Shown here: positions 29,010 through 43,597 of the stretch, piece after piece
Position numbering within the stretch: position 1 is the stretch's first letter
Layout: every line of letters begins with the position of its first letter
Source: the human T2T-CHM13v2.0 reference genome, Homo sapiens
DNA: 64,000 nt
Strand: one strand, 5' to 3'
Assembly (NCBI RefSeq): GCF_009914755.1
Contig: NC_060928.1
Program-made: the position numbers and the translations under genes
Notes under the pieces: model-generated
The model's input: only the letters and a program-made list of their open reading frames with translations
What the model was told of the DNA's origin: nothing
Database searches by the model: none

Positions 29010-29500
29010 GATTTTATTTCAAAAGTTTTTCATTAAATAGCAAATGTGCTGTGTTTATTAAGTGATAAGATTTCAGTGTATGAACAGAAACAAAAATTCT
29101 TGCTTAATTGAACTGGACAACATTTAATATCTGAAAAGTCAGTGGCTTTCATTGGAAATAGTTAACTAAGAGTATTTTGGAGAAGATAAAATGAGCAACC
29201 ATTGAGAATGTTCAGTTTTGCTTGTTTGAAACTACTTTTTGAAAGAAATATATTAATTAATAATCGTGACTGGAAAATGTTGCTCTCAGAAATGGCCCTC
29301 TGGTCTTGGAGTACATAGTATCATGTGTGAAAATATAAGAAAGTTATATTTTGACTTCATATCATAGTTTAGCAACTGAACATCAGAAAAGAAACAAAGC
29401 CAATTTCAGATTTGCATTAGATGACAAATCTCAATAATTTTTACAGATTTTATGGAAGGGCTGGCTACTCTATTTTTATGGATGTTAATATCACCATAAT
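29010..29500 (+). mobile_element. Possible decayed DNA-transposon (hAT-like) fragment
   Basis: Impression of similarity to hAT/Charlie internal sequence only; no termini found. Confidence 0.2.
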
Positions 29501-31568
29501 AACCTATCTTAAGCTGCTTTTTTTGAAGTTCTAATGAAGAGTTAAAATTAGGGTGATTCAAAATGAACGTCTTAGCCTATATGGTTCGATGTTAGGGGAA
29601 AAATTAACATTTCCAATTTTAAGAGATTGGAGCTCTGAGATCAGGTACAGCTCAGTCTGTTTTCTAATTGCTACTGCTCAATTGTGTCAGTGAAAATTCT
29701 ATCTCAGTAGGAGCTGAGGGGGATCCAGGTCTCTAATCTTTCTTTTCTGTGTGTCTAGCTGTTAAAGGCGGGTCAGCATGAGTTTTTTCTCCCCTATGTG
29801 TCAGACTTATGAAAGAAGCAGACATTTGGTATGTGCATTCCAAAAAGATCAGAAACTGGCTGCCTCCCGATAATACATTTCGAGTGGGTACAGTATTCTA
29901 ACATTCTGCTGGTTAACTTTTAAAAAACCCTGCATACTTATTACATAAAAAAGTATGCCATTTTTTCAACCCCAAATTGAAACCTGATTGTTAAAGTTAT
30001 GTAATTGATAAAAATTACATGTTAAGAAAGACACTGGTAATATTAAGGAAATAATCAAATTTATCATGTGGGCCTTTTAAATAAAAATCCTTTGATGAAC
30101 AGTCACATAAACGCCTTGCTATTTTGATTGAGAAGTTTGTGAAAATGTTTATGAGGCTTACTTCCAATTAGTCCTACCTTAAGAGTGATTGTATTCAAAT
30201 TAACACCAAGGAGAAGGCAAACACAGAATCTTTTTATCTTTCAATAGCCCACTTTAATACTAGGAAGAAATACAATATGTATCTTGCACTACTGCTTAGT
30301 AACTGTGCTCTTGTCATTTGAGATTAACATTTGGATTAAAGAGCATGATTAGAAGATTCTAAATTAGTAGTTACCAAGCTGAAATGACACAAAAGTTAAA
30401 ACAAAGTAATACAACAGTCTATTTCATGCAATTTATTTCTTATACCAGTTAATTAGCACTTTAATTAGCATGATGTTTCATGTTGTGACCTAAGCCATTG
30501 TATTCCCAACGGGTTTAGTGAAGACAATTAAAAAAAGAAAAAGAAAGAAAAAGCTGCAGAATTGTTGATGGCTGTGTCACATACCAGCAGAATTAAATAT
30601 AATTCTTGACTTTAAAACATGAGAATACACATATACTTTGTTCCTGAATTCAGAACAGATTTTTTTAAAAGGCATTTTGATGGTATGAAAGACTTCCACA
30701 AACTCGAAGCATATGTAACTATGTGTGCAATAGCGTTAAAGGAACTACATTTTTAATTCCAAATGACCACAAATCAATGCCCAAAGGATTCACTTGGATA
30801 AAGAAGTACCTTTCACTATTTTGGGAACAAACATAGAAGATAAGTATAAAGGTAATCATGGTTTTGAATAATAATGTGATTCATAGGAGTCTATTAAGGC
30901 CATTGAAATTACTTACAAAGGACAGCATTCTGGAGTGTCACAATGGAACTCTGCCTTTGGACAGACCTGAGGAAAAGAAATATGCACCTTAGAAGTCATT
31001 TGTTGCTTGCAGGACATAAAAGAATTCTCTCATCTCTCCTCTCCTCCCCTCCCCAGTGAGAACACATTCAGATTCTGTGTGCTTGTCTTTATCATGTGAG
31101 ATAGAAGTTTCTGCAGAGCCAAAGACAGTCATCTGCCAGAAGATTGGTTCTGCCATTTTGCAACAGCATAAAAAATGGCCACAACGGTTGTGAATATTGG
31201 ACTATAAAAAACAGCAAACCTCCTGAAGGTGTTTTTCTCTTCATTTTATGCTGCTTACTATTCAAAACATGCAAAAAATAAAACATTTTAAAGATCTAAT
31301 ATCCAAAGATTCTGTCAAGCTTGCTTTGTTAATTGCTGGAAGCTGTTGGCCTCCTGTTTTAGGACTGTATAATTAAACTATTAGTTTCCTTTGAATTTGT
31401 ATAATACAGTAGGTCTGCAGAGGACTCTTATTTCCCCTCTTAAAAATTGTTCCATAGCCTCTTTTGGCAGTTAATCTATAGATATCATTTGGAATTTCTT
31501 TAGAATTGTTACATAATTCACAGATAATTCATTGCACACAGAACTGTGTATTTATGGAAATCTAATTT

Positions 31569-31583
31569 CATTGTTATGCAAAA
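31569..31583 (+). promoter_or_regulatory. SOX2-OCT4 composite motif (candidate)
   Basis: CATTGTTATGCAAAA matches consensus CATTGTTATGCAAAT at 14/15 positions; function not shown. Confidence 0.35.
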
Positions 31584-32129
31584 CCTTATAAGAAGGGAGA
31601 CATTTAAGTTTAATTTTTTTTTCCTTGTCTCTTTTCTTTGTTGAACACATAAATTCAAAGGCTCACTTTTTTTTTAGTAGGGATTTTTGGCAAATGACAT
31701 ACAAAGTATCTAAAAATTATACATTTTAAATTTTTAATACAATCGATTGAAAGTTCTATTTTGTAAAATAAGAATAAATTTGTAATTTGTGATAAAAAAA
31801 TCCAATAGACATTTTTGTTGAGACAAACACAAAGATGTGTTACCTACATTTCTCTGTAGTTTGATGGCATGAATATCATTAGACAATCAGAAAGTTCCAG
31901 TTTTATTTTTGGTATGATAGTTAAGTGATAATGATTTGATCTGAGAGTGATCTTTCAATTTAAATCCATTTATTGAGTATTTAAATTACTATTTTTCCTC
32001 CCTCTTGGATTTTCTATGAAAATATATAATTTAAACCTATATATAATTTATAAATTAAAAGGCGAATTATTTAGAGCACCGATATGGATCAGTCTTTGAG
32101 ACTTTGGGGAAGTTACTTAATCTTTCCTG

Positions 32130-32274
32130 TGTTTGTTTATTTATTTGTATACATTTTGAGATGGAGGTCTCACTATGTTGCCCAGGCTGGACTCGAACTC
32201 CTGGGCTCAAGCAATATTCCTGCCTCAGCCTCCGGAGTAGCTGGAATTACAGTCAAATCCCACCTTACCCAGCT
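32130..32274 (-). mobile_element. FLAM_C-like Alu monomer inserted in a MIR
   Basis: GGTCTCACTATGTTGCCCAGGCTGGACTCGAACTCCTGGGCTCAAGC; MIR pieces on both sides (TTGGGGAAGTTACTTAATCT / AAATGAAGATAATAGCAC). Confidence 0.88.
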
Positions 32275-33950
32275 CTCTTATGTGTTTAAATGAAGATAAT
32301 AGCACACTCTGATGGCATTATTTGGAAATGTGGGTAAGTGAACATTTTACGTATGACATACACAATATAATATATAACACTTACAGCACTTCCTGGCATA
32401 AAGTAAGAAACTGTAAGTAATAGCTGTTGTTAAAGAAGGCTTGGAAATGTGACACAAGTCACAAAGCTACTCACTTACTGGTTGAGCTAAGATTCTAGAA
32501 TTGGTCTCAGTGCAAAGCGAACATTGCCTGGCATACAGTAAATGCATCTAGGTGCAATCTGCTATTAAAAGCAAACACATATTTTCCAAAGGTCTTACAC
32601 CAGTCACTAACTAGGCTGGCATGAGAATTGCAAGGGTGTGTCTGATTTTAAACCCTAATTTCCCTAAATGTTTGCAGGCATCTAAACTTATTAGAGCTAT
32701 TTATTGGTATAGATTTCACAGCCTTGATAAATACACTTGCTGTTTACCAAGACTTTGAAAAGTATGTTTTTGAATTGTTTAGAATATATAAACGTGCCCA
32801 TAAAACATGGTAATATTTGTAAATGGGAATATAATAAAAATGATTAATGATCAATGCACACACTGAGTTGTAATTGTGAGAATAAGAGTTTCTATATTGT
32901 CTTTTAATATAGAAACTATTTATTAAAACAAACACCGAAAAAATATGTAACAAGTTTATTTATCTTCTAGTAGACTTCAGCAGAGTAATTAGGTAAGTTC
33001 ATATTCTCATCTCCATTTTCATTTTTTTGAATATTTGGAATTATATTGATAAAAGGTGTCAGGCTGTTGTGTCTATGAGAAATCCCTTTAAAACCTTGAC
33101 ATTCTCTTCTCAGCTGCTGCTACATCATTTTTCTTGCCATTCAGTTTTGTTTAACTGTGAAGTTTAGGATTGCTTTATTTCAGTTTTCTTCAAATATTTT
33201 ACTGCAGTTTTTCTTATTAACTGGTTTTTCAAAGATATATTACAGTTGGATCTTTAGATTGACTACTTCTCAATAGGGGGCCTAACGGACTTCCCCAGTA
33301 GTCACCGTTATTTACTGTTTAGTCTGAATTTGAAATTGATAAGCCCTGATGACTGTTATTAGCAGTCATTCCACTTATTGTGCCATCTAGTAATATTGTA
33401 TCGTGGAAATAGGTGTTCTTTAAAAAAGCAAGAGTTCTCTCTTTCTATGTACTGCTGTGATAACTGATCAAAACTATGAAATACAACAGATCATGGTTAG
33501 GCCTGAAGAGCTTAGTTGATCTGATATTACAGTTTGTGGACAAATTATATATACTGGATTCAGATATTACATAGAAGGCTAAAATATTCCATACACTGCT
33601 GCCTCAGATTCTTGCAAGGACAGAACAATTTACTTCTTGTTTGAGTGTGCTCAGATATATCCAGTGCCAGTTTGCTTTTAATACGTAAATTTTAAATGTC
33701 TTGATTTAGAATCACATTCCTCTGGTTTTAAACTCCCTTTCCCACTTTACTTTCTGTTCTTCTTCTAGAGCTCTATTTTCCAACTAAATCTTATAACTTT
33801 CGAAGGCTTTTACGTGCTTTGCACTTCCCTGCTAGCTTATCCTAATCCTTACTGTTATCTCTTCTGCAATTCTCTTTCTAATTTTACATGAGTAAATCCT
33901 ACCTGCCGTTTTCTTTTACTGAGCTTTTTCTAATTATTAAGTTGTTGGCG

Positions 33951-34567
<617 letters not shown>

Positions 34568-35039
34568 CACTTCCTACTTTTAATAATGAAATACTGTGTG
34601 CATGCTAGTGCATATGTATGTGTATTTCTTTATCACACCATAATGTCTTCACTGGGAAGATCCTGGTGTAGTTCATATTTACCTATCCTTCTTTCCCAGT
34701 TCTTCGCAAAGTGCCTTGCTTATAGTAGATTACTAGATTGCTTACTAAACAATGGTTGAATACATTTGATGCTGTAAATTGGAAAATTACGTGTTTTCTG
34801 GGGGCACGCAATAAATATTTACAGAGCTCCTACAATATACTAGATGTTGAGTTTATCACATTCTTAAGAAAATATTAAATTCTGGGTCTTACAGTTGAGG
34901 TAATATACACGTTTATATACATATATGTCACGAATCACGTGAATCTGTAACAAATCATGTGAACTTCGTTAGAGCTTCGCGTTCTTTTGTGTTACTCAGG
35001 ATCTACTATATTGCTGGAATTCAGTTGTTACCAAGATAA

Positions 35040-35300
35040 ATGTGTTACCCATATGCGATAAATACACAGTGCCAAGAGTCCAGGCTCTAGTGGAGGACAA
35101 GTTGGTGTCCAGGCAGCATCATATAAAATGAGGCTGGAAAATGAATCAACATACCTAAGACGTTGTATTTAAGTTGAAGGAGATTCAACTTGAACTTGGG
35201 AGGAATGGGAGTCAGACAGCAGAGGTCTTTACAGACAGGGGAGTGGATGCCTTGATTTGTTAGAACAATAACTTTCATGACGGCACAGAGGAAGCACTAT
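35040..35300 (-). mobile_element. L2 remnant
   Basis: Purine-rich L2-antisense-like motifs (ATGAGGCTGGAAA, GGAATGGGAGTCA, ATAACTTTCATGAC). Confidence 0.4.
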
Positions 35301-36830
35301 AGAAAGAATCAAATAACCCTAAATATATCTGGGTTGTATGCTTACTTGAGACGTATCTCCATTAGACTTAAAACCCTTGTGACATTCATGGCCATAATTT
35401 ATGTAAGATAGGATGTAGTAGAAACAATCGCATTTGGTCATTTCTAAGCACCAATATGATGTTTGGTACATGAGACTTACTTCTTTAAGTTGAGGAATAA
35501 GTATAATTAACAACAAAAGAGAAACATATTAATGCATGGTTTCAAAAATTCGTAGGCACAAAGACATTTTGTGAACAGAGTTCAGTTAAACTATTTATGT
35601 GTGATGATATGGAATAACTTTAATATAAATTTTTAAAAATTACTTTGTTGAATACTAACAGTAAAAAGAGACTTTCCTTGGTGTTAAGCTAGGTTCTTAA
35701 TGAAGTCATGCCTAGGAGGCTATCTTGATGTTGAAGGCTAAAGAACCATCACTAACGAATCCATGGCCTCTCATTTCTACCTCTATCCTCTGAACTAACT
35801 GTTCAAGTTATAAACTGATTTTTATTTCAGGCTGCATTTGTTTTATACTTTGCAGCATATTACTAATTTTTAAAAATAATTTGTTTGCTTTTGTGCTTCC
35901 TGGTTTAAAAAAAGAATTTATGCTGCAAATAGTATGAATATGAGTTACACAGTTCTGTAGTTTATAGGACTCACTGTTTTCTTTTGAAAAAAATATAAAA
36001 CAATTCATATGATTTCATTTGTAGTAAGACACTTCTGGCAGTTCTGTGACAGTGAAATTTTAAGGATCATCAATATCGGAGACATAGTCTGTAGAGTTAC
36101 TTTTCTTTCTCCTTTCTTTTTTCACCTTTAATTCTAATTAAAAGATACTCTACTAGACTAGATGCTTCTGCCTGGATGTTTTCTGTCTGATCTTTGACTT
36201 GCAATCAAGAAAATTCAGCTTCAATCTGTTAGAGCTGAAAGGGCCTATGGCATGCTAGGGGCTGTCTAGCATTTCAAAAATTCAGAATTCCTGTCCTATG
36301 AATAATGATTAATGTACAGTACTTACAATGTTAAATTTTCCAAGAAAGACACCCTGTAAAGTTATTCTTTATTGTTGAAGCCATTCTTAATATTCTGTAT
36401 AATGCAGAAGTTGCACATAACACATCTATGCAAAGTAGTTAACCCATGGTTCTCTAGATAAATATTCACATGCATATAATTTTCAAAATGCCTGGATTAT
36501 GCTATATCATAAAATTTATACAAAATCCCATATCAATCACATTCAATGTACTTTATCATGTACTTTCTTACAAGTAATTGTATATTTATCTGAATTTTTT
36601 GTTAGTTTTCATAAGTTTCAGTGGGAATATGGTCTTTAACATTGCTGTTACTCATGATGTGACAAATTTCAATTAGAAAATATTTATTTTTCTAATTGAA
36701 AGAGTTAAAAGTTTTCTTTTTAAAATTCACTTAGAAATCAAGGTTTCCTTACCAGACTTATTATTATGAGAAAATATAATCTATATTTTTGGAATTATTG
36801 CATATAATTCAAGATTTTCTCAATTCTTAA

Positions 36831-37150
<320 letters not shown>

Positions 37151-37429
37151 GTATGAATATAACTTCTACTGATATCATAAGTAAAGTATATCAGGGATCC
37201 TAATGTCAGTGTGGGGTCATGAGCTGACTTGACTGAGGCATTAACCAATGGAGTGTAGGAGTATAAAAATACTAGATTATTTTGGATATACACATGCAAA
37301 CACATATATATACACATACATTTGTATATATTTTTGCAATATGGATTTTTCTTCATGTATATGTTTCACATATATATATTTATTTGAAAATGTATTTTTT
37401 CAATTTGAAGTATCACCAGAGAGCTATAA

Positions 37430-38520
37430 TTACTCAATAATAATTGCTGAGTAGCGACTTTAGCCCAGACACTGTGCTTGATGTTTTGAATTTGAATATA
37501 GGAAATAAAATATCTGTGTTTTCAAAGACCTCACTACCATGAGAGTTAGATGTGTTGGAAGTGCTATAGCAAGACAGAGATAGACAGGAAAAGTGAGGAT
37601 ATTTGGGAAAGGTTTAATGATACAAGAACCTTTTGAGTTGAACCTTGTAATAAATTAAGTTTCCTCAAACTAGGACAGAAGAAAAAAGCATTTCAACTGG
37701 ATGAGAAATCATGAACAAAGTCAAGAGGTATCAAAGTGCATCATTTATTAGACAAAAGGCACATCATCCAGTGTGGTTAAGAGTACAGGGAGCATGGGAT
37801 GAGTGACTAGATGGGAAGTGGAAAGAGAAACTGGACTTAGCCAGAGATGGGCTTTGACTTTTATGCCTAGGAGTTTGTATTTATCCTATAAACATTTGGA
37901 AGTCATTGGAAGTTTTCATACAAGAGATAACAAAATACCTGTTTTGGGAAGTTGGCTCTGCTGATAGAGTGGAGGGCAGTTTATGGTGAAAGCTCTGGAA
38001 GGAGGGATGCTTGTCAGGGGACTAGTACAGTCTGATGAAGTCTGCTTATGTGATTTTGATGCCATGCCCTTGGACACTGACCTTGGAGACAGATCAAGAA
38101 GCATATGGACAGAAGGATATAAACTATTTGGTAGGTGGTTAGATGTTGGGAAAAGATTAGATGTTGGGGAAAAGAGAAAATAGTAATGGATAAGATATTT
38201 GCTTCAGATTTTAGTTTTGAACATTTTAATAAGAAAGTGGAATTGGAAATGTGGGAGATAAACATTAGGAGGAAAGAATTAAACAATTTATTTACACTTA
38301 GTGATAGGTGACTCCATGCAAGTAAATGAAATACCCAGTGAATATATGCATATAGAGAGTAAAAACAGAAGGCAGAATGCTAATCTTGATAAGCCATGGA
38401 AGGAGAGCATAAAAGAAAAGCCAATGAAGTAAACTTAGAATCAGGGGAAAATTGTGATAGAAAGGAAAGAAGGAGTGTTTCAGTATACATGGAGTCAACA
38501 TACTAATAATAATATCAAAA
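37430..38520 (-). mobile_element. L2 (3' region)
   Basis: CCTAGGAGTTTGTATTTATCCTATAAACATTTGGAAGTCATTGGAAG, GTAGGTGGTTAGATGTTGGG, TTTAGTTTTGAACATTT. Confidence 0.7.
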
Positions 38521-39229
38521 GCAACAATAATAATAAAAATCAATTCAATCCCTGCTAGGCCACTAGTCTTTAAACTAAAGATATTACACAAATTATCTTA
38601 TTTAATCCTAATAGCATATTTTGTTTTAAAGAAATAGAACTCAAGTTTATCACTTAATATTTTAAACCAAAGAAAGCTTCATGAATCATGAAGTGGAACT
38701 CACAAGGTCATACTGGAGGATGAAGAAACATGTGCAGGAAAGAAAAAGGTGTATTCCAGCTCCAGAGGGTAGAAGTAAATTGAGAAGTTAATAGGAACAG
38801 GTAAACTGTCTCTTTCAAACACTACTGCTGGAATGACTTAAATCCAATTATGTTAATTTATTTAATTCCTATGCTCACTATTTAGATTCCAGAGAGAGAA
38901 TGCTGCTGAAATGTCCTGTTGGAGAAACTAGCCAACCTTTTGGTTAGAGAAGGGTAACATTTTTTGACTAACAGTCCTACCAGGCTAAATTCCGTGGGTG
39001 AAAAGTAATTTGCTCAAGGGAAAGCAGGGTGTCCTTATCAAAAGAAAGTAGAATACAAGAGTATGTTAAAATTGTATTGTGTAAAAGTGACTCATGGATC
39101 TTCAACTTAAATGTGAGGGTGCCAAATCTTAGGGTAATTAAGTAACTTGCTCAAATTCACGCAGGTTAGTAAGTGAATGAATTCATATCAAAGCCAAACT
39201 CCATCATTCAGATCAAGAAAACTGAAGTG

Positions 39230-40900
39230 AGAAAAGGCTATTTTATATAGCATTTCTAATAGTTTCATCAGTATGGTAGCCAGGCAAGAAAATTATTAAT
39301 AATACATCAAGTTTTATGGAGCCAATTTTAAGTAAATTCTTTGCCAAGAATTTATGCAGGAAAGAAAAGGAAAGAGCAGTTCGGCAGTGGAAGAGAGGAA
39401 GGATGATCTCTTTTACAAAATAGGAAAATTTGGTAGGTTTGTGGGTTGAAAAAAAGTTAGAGGTTGAACAGGAAGGAGAAAGTACATGGATGAAACAAGA
39501 TCCTGTCAGAGGCAGGAAGGAGTGGAATCAAAAAGTCAGATGGACAAAAGAATAAGGATTCTTTTGAGATGCAAAATGAGATCCAGATGAATAAAGATGC
39601 AGATAAATTTGGAGATATAGAGGAGGGAAGCGGAAGGGGTTCACAACTGATAGGCTCAATATTTTCAGCAGTAAGAGGGGAAATCATGTGTTGAGGTTGA
39701 GGGGAATGAGGATAAGGGTGGGGATCTGAGGAGGGTGTGGTGGGAACAGCTGCTGTGTGGAATGGGAAGACCAGCCAAGTAGGAATGAGTAATAGGGCTG
39801 CTGAGCAGCTCTGAAGGTTCAGCTGACATCGGAAATCATAAATTTGTAGCAGAGTCAATCAGCATGGTTATTCAATTTTCTCAGGAACTCTTGGCAGCCC
39901 AGGAGGAGGAGGAGAGCAAACAGATGGTAGGACTGATTTGGTAATGGGATTGGCAAGGCAGCTGCGAGAGAAGGTTAAAGAAGGGAAGAAATCAATTGCA
40001 CCCATGAAAGTGTGTTGAAAATGGTTTATCAGGGGGATCAAAATTAGGGAGAGAAGGAAGTGAAGCCAGGAAGGATTAGACACTGCCAATTCAGGGAAGA
40101 GTGAAGCCATGGAGGTCATTAGCCTTTGAAGCTTAAGAGGAGGTTTTGTGAGCATGAGTGAGTGGGATAGGTGATGAGAGAGGAAAATTTCACAATTTTA
40201 GATATTACAGTAGAGCATTTTTTTGTTTCAAAACAGCCCATTTTGTATCTGTGAGTGTGATTGCCAAAGCTGAGTAGAAGTGACTGTCACTGAAATATAA
40301 GGCAAAAGAATTTCAAACCTAAATAGGGGAATATGTCATCAAAGTCATTGAGAATGGTGATGATTTATAGAAGATAAAACAATAGAAACAACAAAAGCAA
40401 CAATAAAACACCAGCTGCCAAGTTATTCAAGTGCATTTTTTTTTTCTTAGAGACAGGGTCTTGCTCTGTCACCTAAGCAGGGGTGCAGTGGCATCATTAT
40501 GGCTCACTGCAACCTCAAACTCCGGCGCTCAAGAGATCCTCCTGCTTCAGCCTTCCTCACTGCTGGGACTACAGGTGCATATCCCTATGCCCAAGTAATT
40601 TATTTTTTACTTTTTGTAGAGACAGGGTCTTGCTGTTACCCAGGCTGGCCTTGAACTCTTGACTTAAAACCATCCTCCTGCCTTGGTGTCCCAAAGTGCT
40701 GGGATTACAGGCATAAGCCACTGTGCATAGCACATGCAAATACACTGATGTAGTACTGTGGATGACTAGATTTAGAAGACAGCTAGAAGGTTTGATTGTT
40801 TGGACCTTGTAAATGTAAGACTTACTGAAATAAAGCAGTGGAACAATGTCCTGGAATTGAAAGGGGAAATCCAAGAGAATGTCCCACTTCCAAGAGGGAC
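39230..40900 (-). mobile_element. L2 ORF2-region remnant interrupted by an AluJ
   Basis: Purine-rich antisense L2-like sequence; the two minus ORFs (39457-39858, 39868-40155) are Pro/Ser/Leu-rich like decayed L2. Confidence 0.6.
40436..40730 (-). mobile_element. AluJ
   Basis: GAGACAGGGTCTTGCT in both arms; GCTCAAGAGATCCTCCTGC. Confidence 0.93.
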
Positions 40901-40949
40901 AAAAAATTACTATTTTTAGCAGTATTCTAGCATATAGTGAAATCTATGT

Positions 40950-41129
40950 GAATAAAACTTAAACTAACCAGTTTTCTCAAGCCCTTTTATAAGGGTTCTG
41001 ATCCTCTTCATCAGGACAGAACCCTCATGGCCTAATCGCCTCCTAAAGATCTCACCTTTTAATACTGTTACATTGGGTTTAAGTTTCAACATGAATTTTG
41101 GACATGACACAAACATTTAAGCCATAGCA
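40950..41129 (-). mobile_element. MLT1A/MST-type MaLR LTR, 5' half (inverted)
   Basis: Minus strand reads TGCTATGGCTTAAATGTTTGTG..CCAAAATTCATGTTGAAACTTAAACCCAATG..CCCTTATAAAAAGGG. Confidence 0.88.
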
Positions 41130-41252
41130 GTGTTTAAAATAGGTTATATTATCATATGTTTAAATGTAAATTGGCATGACCTAGTAGTAGAGAGGAAGAC
41201 ATTTACCCACTTGAACATACTGTAGGCTAAATGCATATTAAGATTTCATGCA

Positions 41253-41545
<293 letters not shown>

Positions 41546-41574
41546 GATTTCAGGCATAGGTATATTTTGAAATG

Positions 41575-41774
41575 AGTTTAAGTTTTATTCTGCCATGTGA
41601 GGATGCAGAAACAATGCACCATCTTGGAAGAAGAGAGCAGTCCTCACTAGACATTGAATCTGCTGGTGCCTTGCTCTTGGACTTCCCAGCCCCCAGAACT
41701 GTGAGGAATAAATTTCTGCTTTTTATAAACTACCCACTTAAAGATTATTATATCGCCAGAAACAGACTAAGACA
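41575..41774 (+). mobile_element. MLT1A/MST-type MaLR LTR, 3' half
   Basis: CTGCCATGTGAGGA..GGACTTCCCAGCCCCCAGAACTGTGAGGAATAAATTTCTG..GACTAAGACA. Confidence 0.9.
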
Positions 41775-42289
41775 AACATAAAATATCTAACTAAAATAAG
41801 GTCTCTGACTTAGCTACCACCTCCAGTGATACCCCCTTATTTCTGATCTCCTTCACCAAAACTTGTCTAAGTGTTGTCTATGTAGTCGTTCTCTATTAGT
41901 CACATCTTAAGGTCTCCTTAATTGAGTCCTGTGGGGCTCGTTTTGTCCTTTCTACTCCACTGACGTGGCCCTTATTAAGGGCACAAGGTCTCTTTTGCTG
42001 AATCTAGCTGTCAATTCTGTCTCTTTTTCTAAATCTTGTCATTTGAATAGTTGTTCACTCCCTTCCCTGGAGCACTTTGTATCACTCTATTTACTTGGTT
42101 TTCCTCCTTAATTGCTGACTACATCTTGTCAGTCTGCTACTCTGGTTCTAATAGATGTCTATGTCTTATAGTGCCCCCAGGATTTTGTTTTTATGTATCA
42201 CCATCCCGGACTTCTCCCTTGGGCTCAGTACAAGTCCTCAGTACAAGTACTTACCTGTCTTTCCTAAAGGTGAAGGCATATGGTAGGGG

Positions 42290-42525
42290 GTCATATGGTA
42301 GGTTTTGGTGCCAGATTCTCTTTGGCTCTTGTAACCTATTAGCTGGCTGACTAAGGCAAGTTTCTTAATGTCTGTACTTTAGTTTTCTCATCTATAAAAT
42401 GAGGATAATACTAAGAACTACTTCATGGGGTTTTGGGGAGGATTAAGAAAGTAAAAGATATAAATAAGTAAATACATATAAAAGTAGAAATGTTCTTGAA
42501 ACATATTAAGTGCTCAATAACTGCT
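42290..42525 (+). mobile_element. MIR
   Basis: GGCAAGTTTCTTAATGTCTGTACTTTAGTTTTCTCATCTATAAAATGAGGATAATA. Confidence 0.8.
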
Positions 42526-42894
42526 CATTATTAATTGTATTACAAACATAATAGAGCAAAAGTAAAATCATGGATTATTTCCCTCTCAAATATTCTAGTT
42601 TATTCTCTTCAGAAACGTTTCTCATGAGTGAAGACTACTGACATCCAACCAGTTGGTTTAGGGTAAAAATCCAGAGATCATTTTTTGTTCTTTTCCCTCT
42701 TTATGCTGTTCCAACCTATCAGTCATTACGTTATTTTTACTTCAAAATTTTATACCAAATCTGACCACTGTTCATCATCTCCTTCTCTAAACCACAGTAC
42801 AGGCCACCAACATTTGCTCTGTTTCTCTGACACTTCTATGCTTCTTACAATACATTCTCCATGGAGTGACTTCTCTAAAGTGTAAATGCACATT

Positions 42895-43113
42895 CAGGTT
42901 GAATATCCCTTATCTGAAATGCTTGGGACCAGAAGTGTTTTGGATTTCCAATTTTTTCAGATTTTAGAATATTGCATTGTACTTACTAAGTGAGCATCCA
43001 AAATTTGAAATCCAAAATGCTCCAGCAAACATTTCCTTTGAGTGCCAAGTTGGTGCTCAAAGGTTTTAGAGCATTTCGGATTTCAGATTTTTGGATTTGG
43101 GATGCTCAACCTG
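42895..43113 (+). mobile_element. Tigger4a/MER46A-type MITE (Tc1/mariner)
   Basis: Terminal inverted repeats CAGGTTGAATATCCC and GGGATGCTCAACCTG, followed by TA. Confidence 0.88.
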
Positions 43114-43215
43114 TATGTCCTTTCATTATTTAAAATCCTTCAGTGGCTGTTGATCACATTGAGAATAAAATCCAGTCCCCCAAATTGGTACAAGCATGTC
43201 CTTATTGAGTACTAG

Positions 43216-43597
<382 letters not shown>

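Noticed and set aside
39457-40155. Two consecutive minus-strand ORFs (133 and 95 aa)
   Set aside because: They lie in a decayed L2 and have no intact RT motifs
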